Of a DNA stretch of 16,418 nucleotides, positions 1-8,650 are shown one piece after another (positions within the stretch are counted from its first letter, which is position 1; every line of letters starts with the position of its first letter). Under the pieces are notes generated by a model. The model worked only from the letters and a program-made list of their open reading frames with translations. It was not told the origin of the DNA and did not search any database. A program made the position numbers and the translations under genes. Source of the DNA: a candidate division FCPU426 bacterium (GTDB lineage Bacteria > Oederibacteriota > JAAXVQ01 > JAUVAV01); NCBI GenBank assembly GCA_030637655.1, contig DAOWGI010000018.1:1-16418 (forward strand), read 5' to 3'.

Positions 1-414
1 ATCCGGCTTTACCTCGTTGGTTAACCATTGGATGAGTGAGTTGAGCTCTTCTGTTTGTGAACCGGCTTCACCTTGCATGACTGAGATGGTCATTTTTTCC
101 AGACCCTTGGGATCTGTGGTTCCGCTTTTTTTGGAGATCCAGTGCAAAAGTTTTTTGGAGTTTAATAGAGTTTGAACCCAGCGCGGCAGATGTTTGAATA
201 TCGGCGCATATTCTTTAAGATAAACATTGAGGGCGCCGTAAAAAATCGGATTGTCAATGGTTAAGGGCGGATTCCAGGAAACGGGGATATACATCGGTGC
301 CAGCACAGCCGTATGGCCTTGAGCAGTTATGGCTTGGAAAACACTCTGGTTTTGCATGCAGTTTTGGCAGTAAAAGGTATTACCAAAACCCGGGACAACA
401 TATACAATTTTCAT
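1..414 (-). CDS. Glycosyltransferase family 4 (GT-B) protein, N-terminal 138 aa, truncated by window edge
   Basis: Manual translation, not in the ORF track. ATG at 414-412 overlaps the TGA of the upstream gene (ATGA) and the frame is open to position 1: MKIVYVVPGFGNTFYCQNCMQNQSVFQAITAQGHTAVLAPMYIP...IFYGALNVYLKE...WLTNEVKPD. The MKIxY..PG, GHxxxL and KPD pattern resembles GT4 N-terminal domains. Confidence 0.8.
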   Translation of the reverse strand, partial: MKIVYVVPGFGNTFYCQNCMQNQSVFQAITAQGHTAVLAPMYIPVSWNPPLTIDNPIFYGALNVYLKEYAPIFKHLPRWVQTLLNSKKLLHWISKKSGTTDPKGLEKMTISVMQGEAGSQTEELNSLIQWLTNEVKPD

Positions 415-1610
415 CGACCGGCTCCTTGAGCCTGGCTGCCAAAGACATAGACCCTTCCGTCTTCAGCGCCAATTACTATTTTGTCTTGGGCAAAGGCCGG
501 TGATCCGGTCAAGGCGGCACCGACCTGGTAAGACCAAACTTCCTCGCCATTGGTTAGGTTTATACAATACAACCATCCATCCGAGGAAGCTGCAATAATC
601 CGGTTCTGGCCTATAAGCGGGGAGCTATCCACATTGCCGCGGGTGGGAAAGGTCCAACGCTTTTTGCCGGTGGCTAATTCAAAACAATGCACCTGTTTGT
701 CGCGGGCACCAATCACCACCACAGCACTGTTTAGTGCCGGAGAAGCGATGATCGCGCTGCCCTCCAGATCATAGGTCCAAAGGATTTTGCGCTTGTCCAG
801 ATCAAGGCAGGTCAAGCTGCCCGCGTAATTGCCCACCACAGCCAAATGGCCGGCTATAGCGGCAGAGCCGGCCACATAGGAACCAATATCCAAAGAGAGA
901 ATCTTCTGGCCGCGCAGCGCAGAGACGATATGAAATTTGCTGTCACATCCTCCGAATACGATTTGGTCTTGATAAACAGCCGGTGTTCCGTTAATGAAAT
1001 TATCCGTGGGATAATTCCAGAGCACGTTTCCAGTATCAGTGTCCAGGCAATAGAGCGAATTGTCATAACTTCCCACAATGAGGTAGGGCTTGTTTTTCAA
1101 ATGAATAATATTGGCAGAACCCAGGATCGGCTCGTCAGTTGTGTGTTTCCATACCAGAGTGCCGTCCTTTGCACGCAGAGCATAGATAGTGCCGTCAGTG
1201 GAAGGCGCAAAAACCATATTATCAAAATACAGCGGAGGCGCTTCGATCGCTTTTTTGGTTTTGAAAGACCAGAGTTTTGTGCCAGTGTTCAGATCAAGGG
1301 CATAGAGGAAGGTGTCGTTGGAACCAATGAATACTTGGGAACCGTATATGACAGGAGAGGATTTGATGCTGTCCTGGGTTTGAAATGACCACAGTAGTTT
1401 TATGGCTGCAGGAAATTGAGCGTTGGTATTGCCGCTAAGTTGCGGGTCGTGACGGAAGATCGGCCAGTTTTCACTGCCGGGCACAGTTGCCGCTTTTTGA
1501 GAAATATCGGGCTGCTTTGAATGGTCTGTGGTTTTGGAACCACTGCATCCGAGAAAAGATGCGGCGAAAAAAAATACTATGATTGAAACTATGATTTTAT
1601 GTTTCTGCAT
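411..1610 (-). CDS. PQQ-binding-like / BamB-like beta-propeller lipoprotein
   Basis: 399 aa. Lipobox FLG-C after a hydrophobic stretch, WPIFRHD motif, repeated YALDxxTGxxLW blades. RBS AGGAG at 1625-1621. Confidence 0.85.
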   Translation of the reverse strand: MQKHKIIVSIIVFFFAASFLGCSGSKTTDHSKQPDISQKAATVPGSENWPIFRHDPQLSGNTNAQFPAAIKLLWSFQTQDSIKSSPVIYGSQVFIGSNDTFLYALDLNTGTKLWSFKTKKAIEAPPLYFDNMVFAPSTDGTIYALRAKDGTLVWKHTTDEPILGSANIIHLKNKPYLIVGSYDNSLYCLDTDTGNVLWNYPTDNFINGTPAVYQDQIVFGGCDSKFHIVSALRGQKILSLDIGSYVAGSAAIAGHLAVVGNYAGSLTCLDLDKRKILWTYDLEGSAIIASPALNSAVVVIGARDKQVHCFELATGKKRWTFPTRGNVDSSPLIGQNRIIAASSDGWLYCINLTNGEEVWSYQVGAALTGSPAFAQDKIVIGAEDGRVYVFGSQAQGAGR

Positions 1611-1625
1611 ATTCGTTCATCTCCT

Positions 1626-1653
1626 GTAAGGGCGCGATTCATCGCGCCCTTAC
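1626..1653. repeat. 28-bp REP-like palindrome (GTAA variant)
   Basis: GTAAGGGCGCGAT-TC-ATCGCGCCCTTAC, 13-bp perfect arms. Intergenic and directly abutting the RBS of the next gene. Confidence 0.85.
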
Positions 1654-1657
1654 AATA

Positions 1658-2719
1658 TTAAATATCATTCCAACACAAGGCGCCGGTAGGACATTTTTCA
1701 ATGCAGACTTTCAATACACGTTGCAATTCATCGTTTTCAAAACGATCAAAGGGTACGCCCATGCGAATATCAAATCCGCGATTGAAAAAGGTGAAACCGG
1801 ACAACACTTTCGCTTGTTCGCAAAGTTTGGTGCAGATTCCACATTTAATGCATTTGCCGGGTTCATAGATATAATCCTTAAACACATGCTGCGTATAAGG
1901 TATACGCTCTCCGGCAAAGGCAAATTGTTTGGCCAGGTGTTTATCCGCCTGGCTTCTCAAGCCACAGGCATCCTGTTTTCTGCAATCACAGTGCAGACAG
2001 CGGAGACTTTCACGCCTGGCTTCCTCGGGAGTGAAACCTGAGGACGGATTTTGGGGTTGTGTTCTTTGGTCCGGGGAAGCGTGTTGGGAAAAAACCATTA
2101 TTTCTTCCGGAGAAATTTTACGTATACTTGAGCTGAACCCGGGTTTTGTTTTAGGGGACCGGTTGTTTTGGGGCAACTGCGGTTTTTGCGTGGCATGGGT
2201 TTGGGCAGCGCGGATTAATTGCGCGATGGCAATTGGTTGGTCATGCAAATGCCGGCGGCATACCGTTTCACACGGCTGTTTGCATTCGTCGCAAAGCGAA
2301 GTATCCCAAGTATCTGTGGACAGAGCTATGGTTGCGAGCGCTTGGTTGAAATCGCCTGCCTGAATATGGCGTATCACCAAAGGGATGTTTAGGTTCTGAG
2401 CACAGGCCCGTTGGCAGGGAGCCAGACAGTCGCCGGTGTGTTCGCTCAAAAGTAAAGAAACGGCGTGCTTTCTGGCTGAGAGCACTTCCGGAGTATTGGT
2501 GCGCACTTCCATGCCTTCCTCTGCCAGGGCACTGCAGGAAGGAACCAGGGTTGTTTGGCCCTGGATGGCCACGAGGCAGACCATACACGAGCTGGAAGGT
2601 GTTAGCTCCTGTACAAAGCACAGGGTGGGTATGGAAATGCCGAGGCTCTGAGCGGCCGCTAAGACCGTGGTATTGGGTTCAACCGTGACGGCTTGATTGT
2701 CAATCTTAAGAGTAATCAT
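1658..2719 (-). CDS. Fe-S protein: NuoG/HydA-type N-terminal [2Fe-2S] domain + GltD/NfnB-like Fe-S domain + C-terminal ferredoxin domain, no catalytic domain
   Basis: 353 aa. MITLKID..IPTLC..SCMVCLV..PSC; EHTGDCLAPCQRAC; CDECKQPCETVCRR; GFTPEEARRESLRCLHCDC; KCIKCGICTKLC..RGF..CIEKCPTGAL. No GxGxxG motif, H-cluster motif or molybdopterin domain seen. Confidence 0.8.
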   Translation of the reverse strand: MITLKIDNQAVTVEPNTTVLAAAQSLGISIPTLCFVQELTPSSSCMVCLVAIQGQTTLVPSCSALAEEGMEVRTNTPEVLSARKHAVSLLLSEHTGDCLAPCQRACAQNLNIPLVIRHIQAGDFNQALATIALSTDTWDTSLCDECKQPCETVCRRHLHDQPIAIAQLIRAAQTHATQKPQLPQNNRSPKTKPGFSSSIRKISPEEIMVFSQHASPDQRTQPQNPSSGFTPEEARRESLRCLHCDCRKQDACGLRSQADKHLAKQFAFAGERIPYTQHVFKDYIYEPGKCIKCGICTKLCEQAKVLSGFTFFNRGFDIRMGVPFDRFENDELQRVLKVCIEKCPTGALCWNDI

Positions 2720-2722
2720 ATA

Positions 2723-5050
2723 TTATTCCCGAATAATCGCTTTTTGCGGGCAGACCTGCCGGCACACATCACACTTGGTACATAATTCCTGATCAATTTC
2801 CTGTTGTTGGTAGGGCCGCATTTCAATGGCATCGGCCGGACAATTTTGCACGCACTTGGTGCAGCCAATGCATTTGTCGGTAATTCGATAGGTGATGAGA
2901 GCAGTGCATTTTTTGGCCGGACAGCGTCCCTCGCTATGCGCGATGAATTCCTGTTCAAAATATTGTAAAGCGGATATTACCGGATTGGGAGCCGCGCGGC
3001 CTAATCCGCAGAGACTGTTGGTCTTGATCTCCCGGGCCAGCTCTTTTAACTGGGCGATATGACAGGCTTGTCCCTGCTTGGTGGTCAATTTATCCAGGAT
3101 CTCCAGCATGCGTTTGGTGCCGATCCGGCCAAAGGTGCATTTGCCGCAGGATTCATTCTGCGTAAAACGCATAAAGTATTTGGCAATATCTACGATACAA
3201 TCATCTTCATCCAAGACGATCATACCGCCGCTTCCCATAATTGTGCCCAATTGCTTTAAAGCCTCATAATCCACCGGCGTATCAATCAAGGCGGCGGGGA
3301 CGCAACCACCGGCCGGGCCGCCGATCTGGACGGCTTTTAGCGCTTTGTTATCTTTAATACCATTTCCGATTTTATAAATAATATCCCGGAGTGTGGTCCC
3401 CATTTCCACCTCAATCAATCCGCCTTTGTTGATTTTGCCGGCCAGAGCAAAGGCTTTGGTACCAGGGCTGTTCGGAGTTCCCAGGGAGGAAAATGATGCT
3501 GCCTCGTGTAATACAATCCACGGAACCAGGGAGAGTGTTTCGACGTTGTTGATCAGTGTCGGTTGATTCCATAGTCCCTGCTGTGCCGGAAAGGGTGGCC
3601 GAAGACGCGGATTGCCGCGATTACCCTCAATGGCTGCGAGCATGGCGGTTTCTTCGCCGCAGACAAAGGCGCCGGCGCTGACAATCAATTCCAAGTCCAG
3701 TCCGGCCAGAAGTTTTCTTTGCCTACTGAGCGAGATGGCTTTTTGCATTCGCTCAATAGCCAGAGGGTATTCGGCCCGTAGAAAGATATAGCCTTTTTTA
3801 ATTCCGCACGCAAAAGCGGCAATGGCCAGGCCTTCCAAAACCCGGAAAGGGAATGATTCCATGAGCATGCGATCCATAAAGGCGCCGGGATCACCCTCAT
3901 CACCGTTGCAAATAATATATTTGGTTTCGCTCTCAGCTTGTCGGACCGCAGCCCATTTGAGGTGAGTGGGGTAGCCCGCGCCCCCGCGTCCGCGCAATCC
4001 GCTTTGCGAAATGGTGGCGATAATCGTCTCAGGGGAATTCGCGCGTACGCAGGATTGCAGAGCTGCAAAACCGCGGTGACTCATGTATTCATCAATGTCC
4101 AATGGATCCAACTGACCACTGTGCTGGGTTGCGATCGGCTTTTGGCAGGAAAGGTAGTGATCCGCGGAAGTATCCCGGACAGGGGTAAGGTACCGGGTGA
4201 TGGGAGCTGGTTCCTCATCCGCAATAATTCTCTCCAACAAGGTAAATACGCTATGCCGCAATTGATGGAGCAGGGTTTTGGGTTTGAAATGCGCGGTGAG
4301 AATCGCTTCCACATCATCTTCTTTGACCAGTCCATAGTGGAAGCTTTTATGCTCCGGGGTTTCAATTTCAAGCAAGGGTACTTGATACGAGGTGCCGGTA
4401 CAGCCGACAATTTTGAGTTGAACCGGTAATTTTTCCCGGGAGATTCGTTTTTGCAGAGCAGTATGGATATGTTGGGAACCGGCAGCCACGCAACTGGAAC
4501 ACAGGCATATTTTTATGGTAGCAACAATTTTGTCGTGTTTAGGTGTAGGCTCTGCGATTGGGGGAGAATCTGCAAAACTCCGGAGAAAATCATAAAGAAT
4601 GAATCCAATGGATTTGGAGCTTACCGGGCCATAGGTTAATTCATCAATTTGGACAGCCGGTGCCAGCATGCAGCAGCCTAAACAAGCAACTTTGGTGAGG
4701 GTAAACAAACAATCGCGGTCCGTGTCCTCCTCAGCCGGGATTTTTAAATACAGTTTGAAATCATCATATAATTTTTCAGCGCCTTTGACATGGCAGGCTG
4801 TTCCAACGCATATTTTGATCAGGTGTTTGCCCGCCGGTTTTAGACGGAACTGGCTATAAAACGTGACGACCCCCATGATGGTTGCGGGTGAGATATCGGT
4901 AATCGCGCTTAAATGGTTTAATGCTTGCTCGGGCAAATAATGGTAGGTGTCGTGAATCGCGTGCAACAGGGGAACCAACTGGTGTTTGGTGCGGCCCAGG
5001 GACTTGACTATGTCTTGTATTTGATTTAAATCAACGGCTCCGGGTGTCAT
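2723..5050 (-). CDS. Fused NuoE/HydC-NuoF/HydB-like NAD(H)/FMN-binding Fe-S oxidoreductase with C-terminal 2x[4Fe-4S] domain
   Basis: NuoE part: CVGTAC...CLGCC. Second thioredoxin-like domain: CLCSSC...GC. NuoF part: GRGGAG, CNGDEGDPGAFMDR, GAFVCGEETA, INNVETL, MGSGG, ESCGKC, SLCGLG. C-terminus: HxxGxCPAKKC, CIGCTKCVQNCP, CTKCDVCRQVCP. Start moved from TTG 5071 to ATG 5050 (ATGA overlap with upstream stop); 775 aa. Confidence 0.9.
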   Translation of the reverse strand: MTPGAVDLNQIQDIVKSLGRTKHQLVPLLHAIHDTYHYLPEQALNHLSAITDISPATIMGVVTFYSQFRLKPAGKHLIKICVGTACHVKGAEKLYDDFKLYLKIPAEEDTDRDCLFTLTKVACLGCCMLAPAVQIDELTYGPVSSKSIGFILYDFLRSFADSPPIAEPTPKHDKIVATIKICLCSSCVAAGSQHIHTALQKRISREKLPVQLKIVGCTGTSYQVPLLEIETPEHKSFHYGLVKEDDVEAILTAHFKPKTLLHQLRHSVFTLLERIIADEEPAPITRYLTPVRDTSADHYLSCQKPIATQHSGQLDPLDIDEYMSHRGFAALQSCVRANSPETIIATISQSGLRGRGGAGYPTHLKWAAVRQAESETKYIICNGDEGDPGAFMDRMLMESFPFRVLEGLAIAAFACGIKKGYIFLRAEYPLAIERMQKAISLSRQRKLLAGLDLELIVSAGAFVCGEETAMLAAIEGNRGNPRLRPPFPAQQGLWNQPTLINNVETLSLVPWIVLHEAASFSSLGTPNSPGTKAFALAGKINKGGLIEVEMGTTLRDIIYKIGNGIKDNKALKAVQIGGPAGGCVPAALIDTPVDYEALKQLGTIMGSGGMIVLDEDDCIVDIAKYFMRFTQNESCGKCTFGRIGTKRMLEILDKLTTKQGQACHIAQLKELAREIKTNSLCGLGRAAPNPVISALQYFEQEFIAHSEGRCPAKKCTALITYRITDKCIGCTKCVQNCPADAIEMRPYQQQEIDQELCTKCDVCRQVCPQKAIIRE

Positions 5051-6759
5051 GGTTGAGAGCTTCCAATACAATAGAGGTGCTGCTCGCCGCGGATCAGAAT
5101 TTTCTGCTTCACAAAAGCGGGCGTGGCCACACAGGCTTCCGGCACTCTGGGATCGGCAATACTGGTGAAGGTGGAGTCGAGTCTGAATATTCTCATTACA
5201 CCCGAGGTGTCCAGTAGATAAACCATATCATCACAAATGATGGGCGAGGCCTTGAAGCCCGTCTCAAAGCGATGCTCCCAGTGCAAGGCCCCGGTTTGGG
5301 CATTCAGACAACTCACTTTACCAAAACTGGTGGGTACTATGAGAAAGCCCTGGCTTGCCACCGGGCTGGGGATGTCTGAGAGATTACGGTCATACTCCCA
5401 GACTACTTTTTGTTGCTGAATATTCACGCCGGCCAAGGTTGAGTACTGATTAATGAAAAACAGCATATCATTATCAAAGGCCGGAGAGGGGCCTATCTCG
5501 CCGCTGACTACCTCTTCCAGCTGCCACAGAGGCGCGCCGGTAGCGGGGTTATAGGAAACAACGAGCGGGTTAGAGGTTAATATCAGCTGCACACCGGTAC
5601 TGGTGGGAGCGATGATGGGTGATGCCCAGGAGGTATCCACCGGGCGCTTTTTGCTCCATTGTCGCTTCCCGGTAAACATATTAAAAGCCATGAGTTTGGC
5701 ATTCTGAGCATAATCGTACTGTACCAATAATGTATCCTGGTACGTGATCAAGGAGGAAGCATGCCCGTAATGATTGGCAGGCATTGGCAGTTTTTTCTCC
5801 CAAAGGATAGTGCCGTTAAAGTCCAGGGTCAGCAATTCTCCGGTGGCGAAAATCGCGGACACGAATCTGCCGTCTGTGGCCATCGTCGGCGCGGCCAGTC
5901 CGGTGTCTTCGCTGACTTTTGGAAGGGTGATCTCTTTTTTTGTGGTAGTGCTTTTTCTCCAAAGCAGTTCACCGGTCTTTAAATCGAAACAAAAGACTTC
6001 CCTGGAGGCAATGTCCGCTCCGCTGAGAAAGACACGGTTTTCCCACACAATGGGCGAGTTGAACCCCGGCTTGGGTATTTCGTTTTTCCAGAGTATGTTT
6101 TTATTGCTAGGAACGTCCCAGTCTGTGGGTGGAACCTGGTCAAAGGCTAAGCCCAATCCCTGATAGCCCCGGAATGAGGGCCAATTGGCTTTGAGAGTCA
6201 ACACATCAGGCAAGGGGATGGCCGGCTGTGCGTTTTGTTTGCCATCAGGAACGGACCAGGGAGCAGAAAGGAAACGGGGTAGCACCAACGCGAGCAGTAC
6301 CAGCAGCACGGCAAAACCTAAAAGGGAATACTGCAACCAACGCATTTTAGCGGGATGCTCTTCCAATTCTTTGAATTTATCAGGCTTGGGCAGCTGGCGT
6401 TTTAATTCATAGGCAAGTTTGAGAAAGAGTAAAAACAGGGAAAGTCCCCCCAAGAGCAGGTAAGCGCCGAATCGATTGAAAGCCAAGGCAGTAAAATGCG
6501 CCTTGCGAATCAAAAGGTCATAGGCCCGGACAGAGTCTAAAAATTCAGGCCCGCTGTTGCCCTGTTGAATCTGGGCGATGAGTTTAGGCATATGAACTGA
6601 GTTGATAGGGTCAGCGGTTTTAAAATGCCAGAAACTTAAACCCAGGATTATGCACACCACCGCGCTAAAACAACCGGCTACAATTGTGATATTACGGGCC
6701 AATTGGTAGTATTGAAATAAGCGTTGCTTTTTATCTTCCGGCAATTGCAAGGTGTTCAT
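5047..6759 (-). CDS. Membrane-anchored PQQ-binding-like beta-propeller protein (about 3 N-terminal TM segments)
   Basis: Three hydrophobic N-terminal segments, then NWPSFRG, NILWK, SPIVW, TGELLW and ASPII blades. Start set at ATG 6759 (ATGA overlap with upstream stop 6756-6758); 570 aa. Confidence 0.85.
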   Translation of the reverse strand: MNTLQLPEDKKQRLFQYYQLARNITIVAGCFSAVVCIILGLSFWHFKTADPINSVHMPKLIAQIQQGNSGPEFLDSVRAYDLLIRKAHFTALAFNRFGAYLLLGGLSLFLLFLKLAYELKRQLPKPDKFKELEEHPAKMRWLQYSLLGFAVLLVLLALVLPRFLSAPWSVPDGKQNAQPAIPLPDVLTLKANWPSFRGYQGLGLAFDQVPPTDWDVPSNKNILWKNEIPKPGFNSPIVWENRVFLSGADIASREVFCFDLKTGELLWRKSTTTKKEITLPKVSEDTGLAAPTMATDGRFVSAIFATGELLTLDFNGTILWEKKLPMPANHYGHASSLITYQDTLLVQYDYAQNAKLMAFNMFTGKRQWSKKRPVDTSWASPIIAPTSTGVQLILTSNPLVVSYNPATGAPLWQLEEVVSGEIGPSPAFDNDMLFFINQYSTLAGVNIQQQKVVWEYDRNLSDIPSPVASQGFLIVPTSFGKVSCLNAQTGALHWEHRFETGFKASPIICDDMVYLLDTSGVMRIFRLDSTFTSIADPRVPEACVATPAFVKQKILIRGEQHLYCIGSSQP

Positions 6760-8042
6760 GCGTTTTTCATACTTTCGTCGGATTGGGTTGGGCAGTATTC
6801 CATACAGCGGCCGCAACTGAGGCAGTGGAACCGGTCCGGTTCGTAGTCTTCACGTTGGGGCCGCTGCATAAGCACAATAATTTTTATTGATATTACCAGG
6901 CCGATAAAAATACCGAGCAGCCACAGTCCGGTCTTGAATTGCCGGCGAGTGCGCGCGGCTTGCGAGTAGAGCTCCGTAACCCGGGTCTGTTCTTGGCGAA
7001 AGGCATCGCTGTCCAGAGTGCTGCTCTGGATGGTATTGGTCTCTTCTTGATGGATTCTCTCTGCCAAGCTAACCGTCCGGTCCTGCCGGGAAAAGACATC
7101 GGATAATTGAGAAAAACCAAATCCCAAGGTAATTAGAATCAAGGGGATGCATGCGATGAAAATCCCCAACTTCTTTATCTGCTCCTGCTTGGTGGTTTTG
7201 TACAGTTTAGGCGAGGGCGGATTAATGGCATCAATGGGGCAGGCATTTTCACACAGCTTACACTGGGTGCATTCCCGGGGAGTGATGGTCAGATGTTTTT
7301 TGGAAAAGTAGGAGAACACACCCAGCAGCACGCCATAGGGACAGAAGAAACGGCAATAAGGGCGGGCAATGAAAATGCCAATGAGCAAAAAAGCCAGGCC
7401 CAAAAGCAGCATGCCGGAAGTGGCGGTCAGACGGAAAAAACCGACAAACGGATCAAAACGGCAGATGATAAAACCGCTGCCCGTGACAGTGAAAAGCACG
7501 GCCAGACCAAGATACAGATAAGGAATGAGACTGAGCACGTGTTTGAGGGGCTGGGGAAGTTTAAGGGGCTTGAAAATAACCACCTCTTGCAGCGCGCCCA
7601 AGGGACAGATCGAAGCGCAGAACACCCGGCCGAAAAATAATGCGAATACCAGTGGGAGCGCGAAGAATAAAATCACCCCGAGGGGTATAAGGTAATCTCC
7701 GGAAAACGAGAGCGTAACATTTTGGATGGAGCCAATCGGGCAGATACACCCTTTGCGAAAAAAACCGAAGTATAGAATGGAAGAGAGTGTGAGCAGATAC
7801 AAGCCCAAACGAGAACGTTTTTTAAGCGCGAAAAAAGCGGCCAGGCTCAAACCGATCAGCAGTACGCCAATATCCAGGTATTCGAAAAAATCCCGGCGCG
7901 GCTGCGGATGTTCGGGCGAGGGGATCTGGTACTGGGTCTCAAATTCCGGCGCCGGAAAGCGCTCTGCTGCCTTGGCAGGAGTTGAGACCAACACACCGGC
8001 TGTCAACAAAAGTATGAGGAAGAGGATTCTGAATTTATTCAT
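6756..8042 (-). CDS. NapH/MauN/NosR-C-terminal-like integral membrane polyferredoxin (4Fe-4S binding protein)
   Basis: 428 aa with many TM segments. Two CxxxCP motifs (FCASICPLG, YCRFFCPYG) plus CICP, and ferredoxin motifs CTQCKLCENACP and CLSCGRCMEYCP. The N-terminus is signal-peptide-like (AKA/A). Confidence 0.85.
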   Translation of the reverse strand: MNKFRILFLILLLTAGVLVSTPAKAAERFPAPEFETQYQIPSPEHPQPRRDFFEYLDIGVLLIGLSLAAFFALKKRSRLGLYLLTLSSILYFGFFRKGCICPIGSIQNVTLSFSGDYLIPLGVILFFALPLVFALFFGRVFCASICPLGALQEVVIFKPLKLPQPLKHVLSLIPYLYLGLAVLFTVTGSGFIICRFDPFVGFFRLTATSGMLLLGLAFLLIGIFIARPYCRFFCPYGVLLGVFSYFSKKHLTITPRECTQCKLCENACPIDAINPPSPKLYKTTKQEQIKKLGIFIACIPLILITLGFGFSQLSDVFSRQDRTVSLAERIHQEETNTIQSSTLDSDAFRQEQTRVTELYSQAARTRRQFKTGLWLLGIFIGLVISIKIIVLMQRPQREDYEPDRFHCLSCGRCMEYCPTQSDESMKNA

Positions 8043-8589
8043 TTTTTAAATATGCTTTCCTGGCCGGAATTCTGACAAAGGCATTCCCTGGGCAGACCCT
8101 GGCAATTGAGCATTCATTACAGTTTTTACAAAGATCATGGCGCACCTGCAGAAACAAAGAACCATTGCCGAAAAGATTGCAGCCTTGTACGCACTTGCCG
8201 CAGCCAATGCAGAGCGCTTCATTGACAGTGTATTCAAAAAAAGGTTCTTCCACAAATCGGCGCTGTAACGCGCCGGTGGGGCAGAGTTGATTTTCTGCGT
8301 CCGCGGTGAGGTGGGCGGCACCTGGCTGGAAATATCCAAAACAGAGATTGCAATATCCGCAGGTCTCAAATTCATGCACGCATTTCACAGCCGAGGGATT
8401 GATCACGCAGGCAGTGGCGCAGCGTCCGCATTTGACGCATTTTTTAGGGTCAATCTGCCAGACATAGCCGGCTTGGGCGGATTTAAAGAGACGGGTGAAC
8501 ACAAAGGAACCCAGCAGTAAAAGCAGCAGCTTATGCAATAGGTCTTTGATAAATTCCCGCCGGGTTAATTTGTTGGTTTTATTTTTCAT
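8035..8589 (-). CDS. Multi-[4Fe-4S] ferredoxin with twin-arginine signal (functionally NapG/MauM-like)
   Basis: 184 aa. LTRREFI followed by a hydrophobic stretch; CVKCGRCATAC, CGYCNLC, CPTGA, CIGCGKCVQGC, CKNCNEC...CP. Overlaps the next gene by 8 bp. Confidence 0.85.
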   Translation of the reverse strand: MKNKTNKLTRREFIKDLLHKLLLLLLGSFVFTRLFKSAQAGYVWQIDPKKCVKCGRCATACVINPSAVKCVHEFETCGYCNLCFGYFQPGAAHLTADAENQLCPTGALQRRFVEEPFFEYTVNEALCIGCGKCVQGCNLFGNGSLFLQVRHDLCKNCNECSIARVCPGNAFVRIPARKAYLKNE

Positions 8590-8617
8590 AATACCAATCC
8601 AAATATTATTTGAAATC

Positions 8618-8645
8618 GTAGGGAACAGTCGCGACTGTTCCCTAC
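8618..8645. repeat. 28-bp perfect GTAG...CTAC REP-like palindrome
   Basis: GTAGGGAACAGTCG|CGACTGTTCCCTAC is its own reverse complement. Confidence 0.9.
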
Positions 8646-8650
8646 AACTT

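Noticed and set aside
1658-5050. Calling these genes nuoEFG or an [FeFe]-hydrogenase
   Set aside because: No other nuo genes, no H-cluster motifs and no molybdopterin domain; gene symbols withheld.
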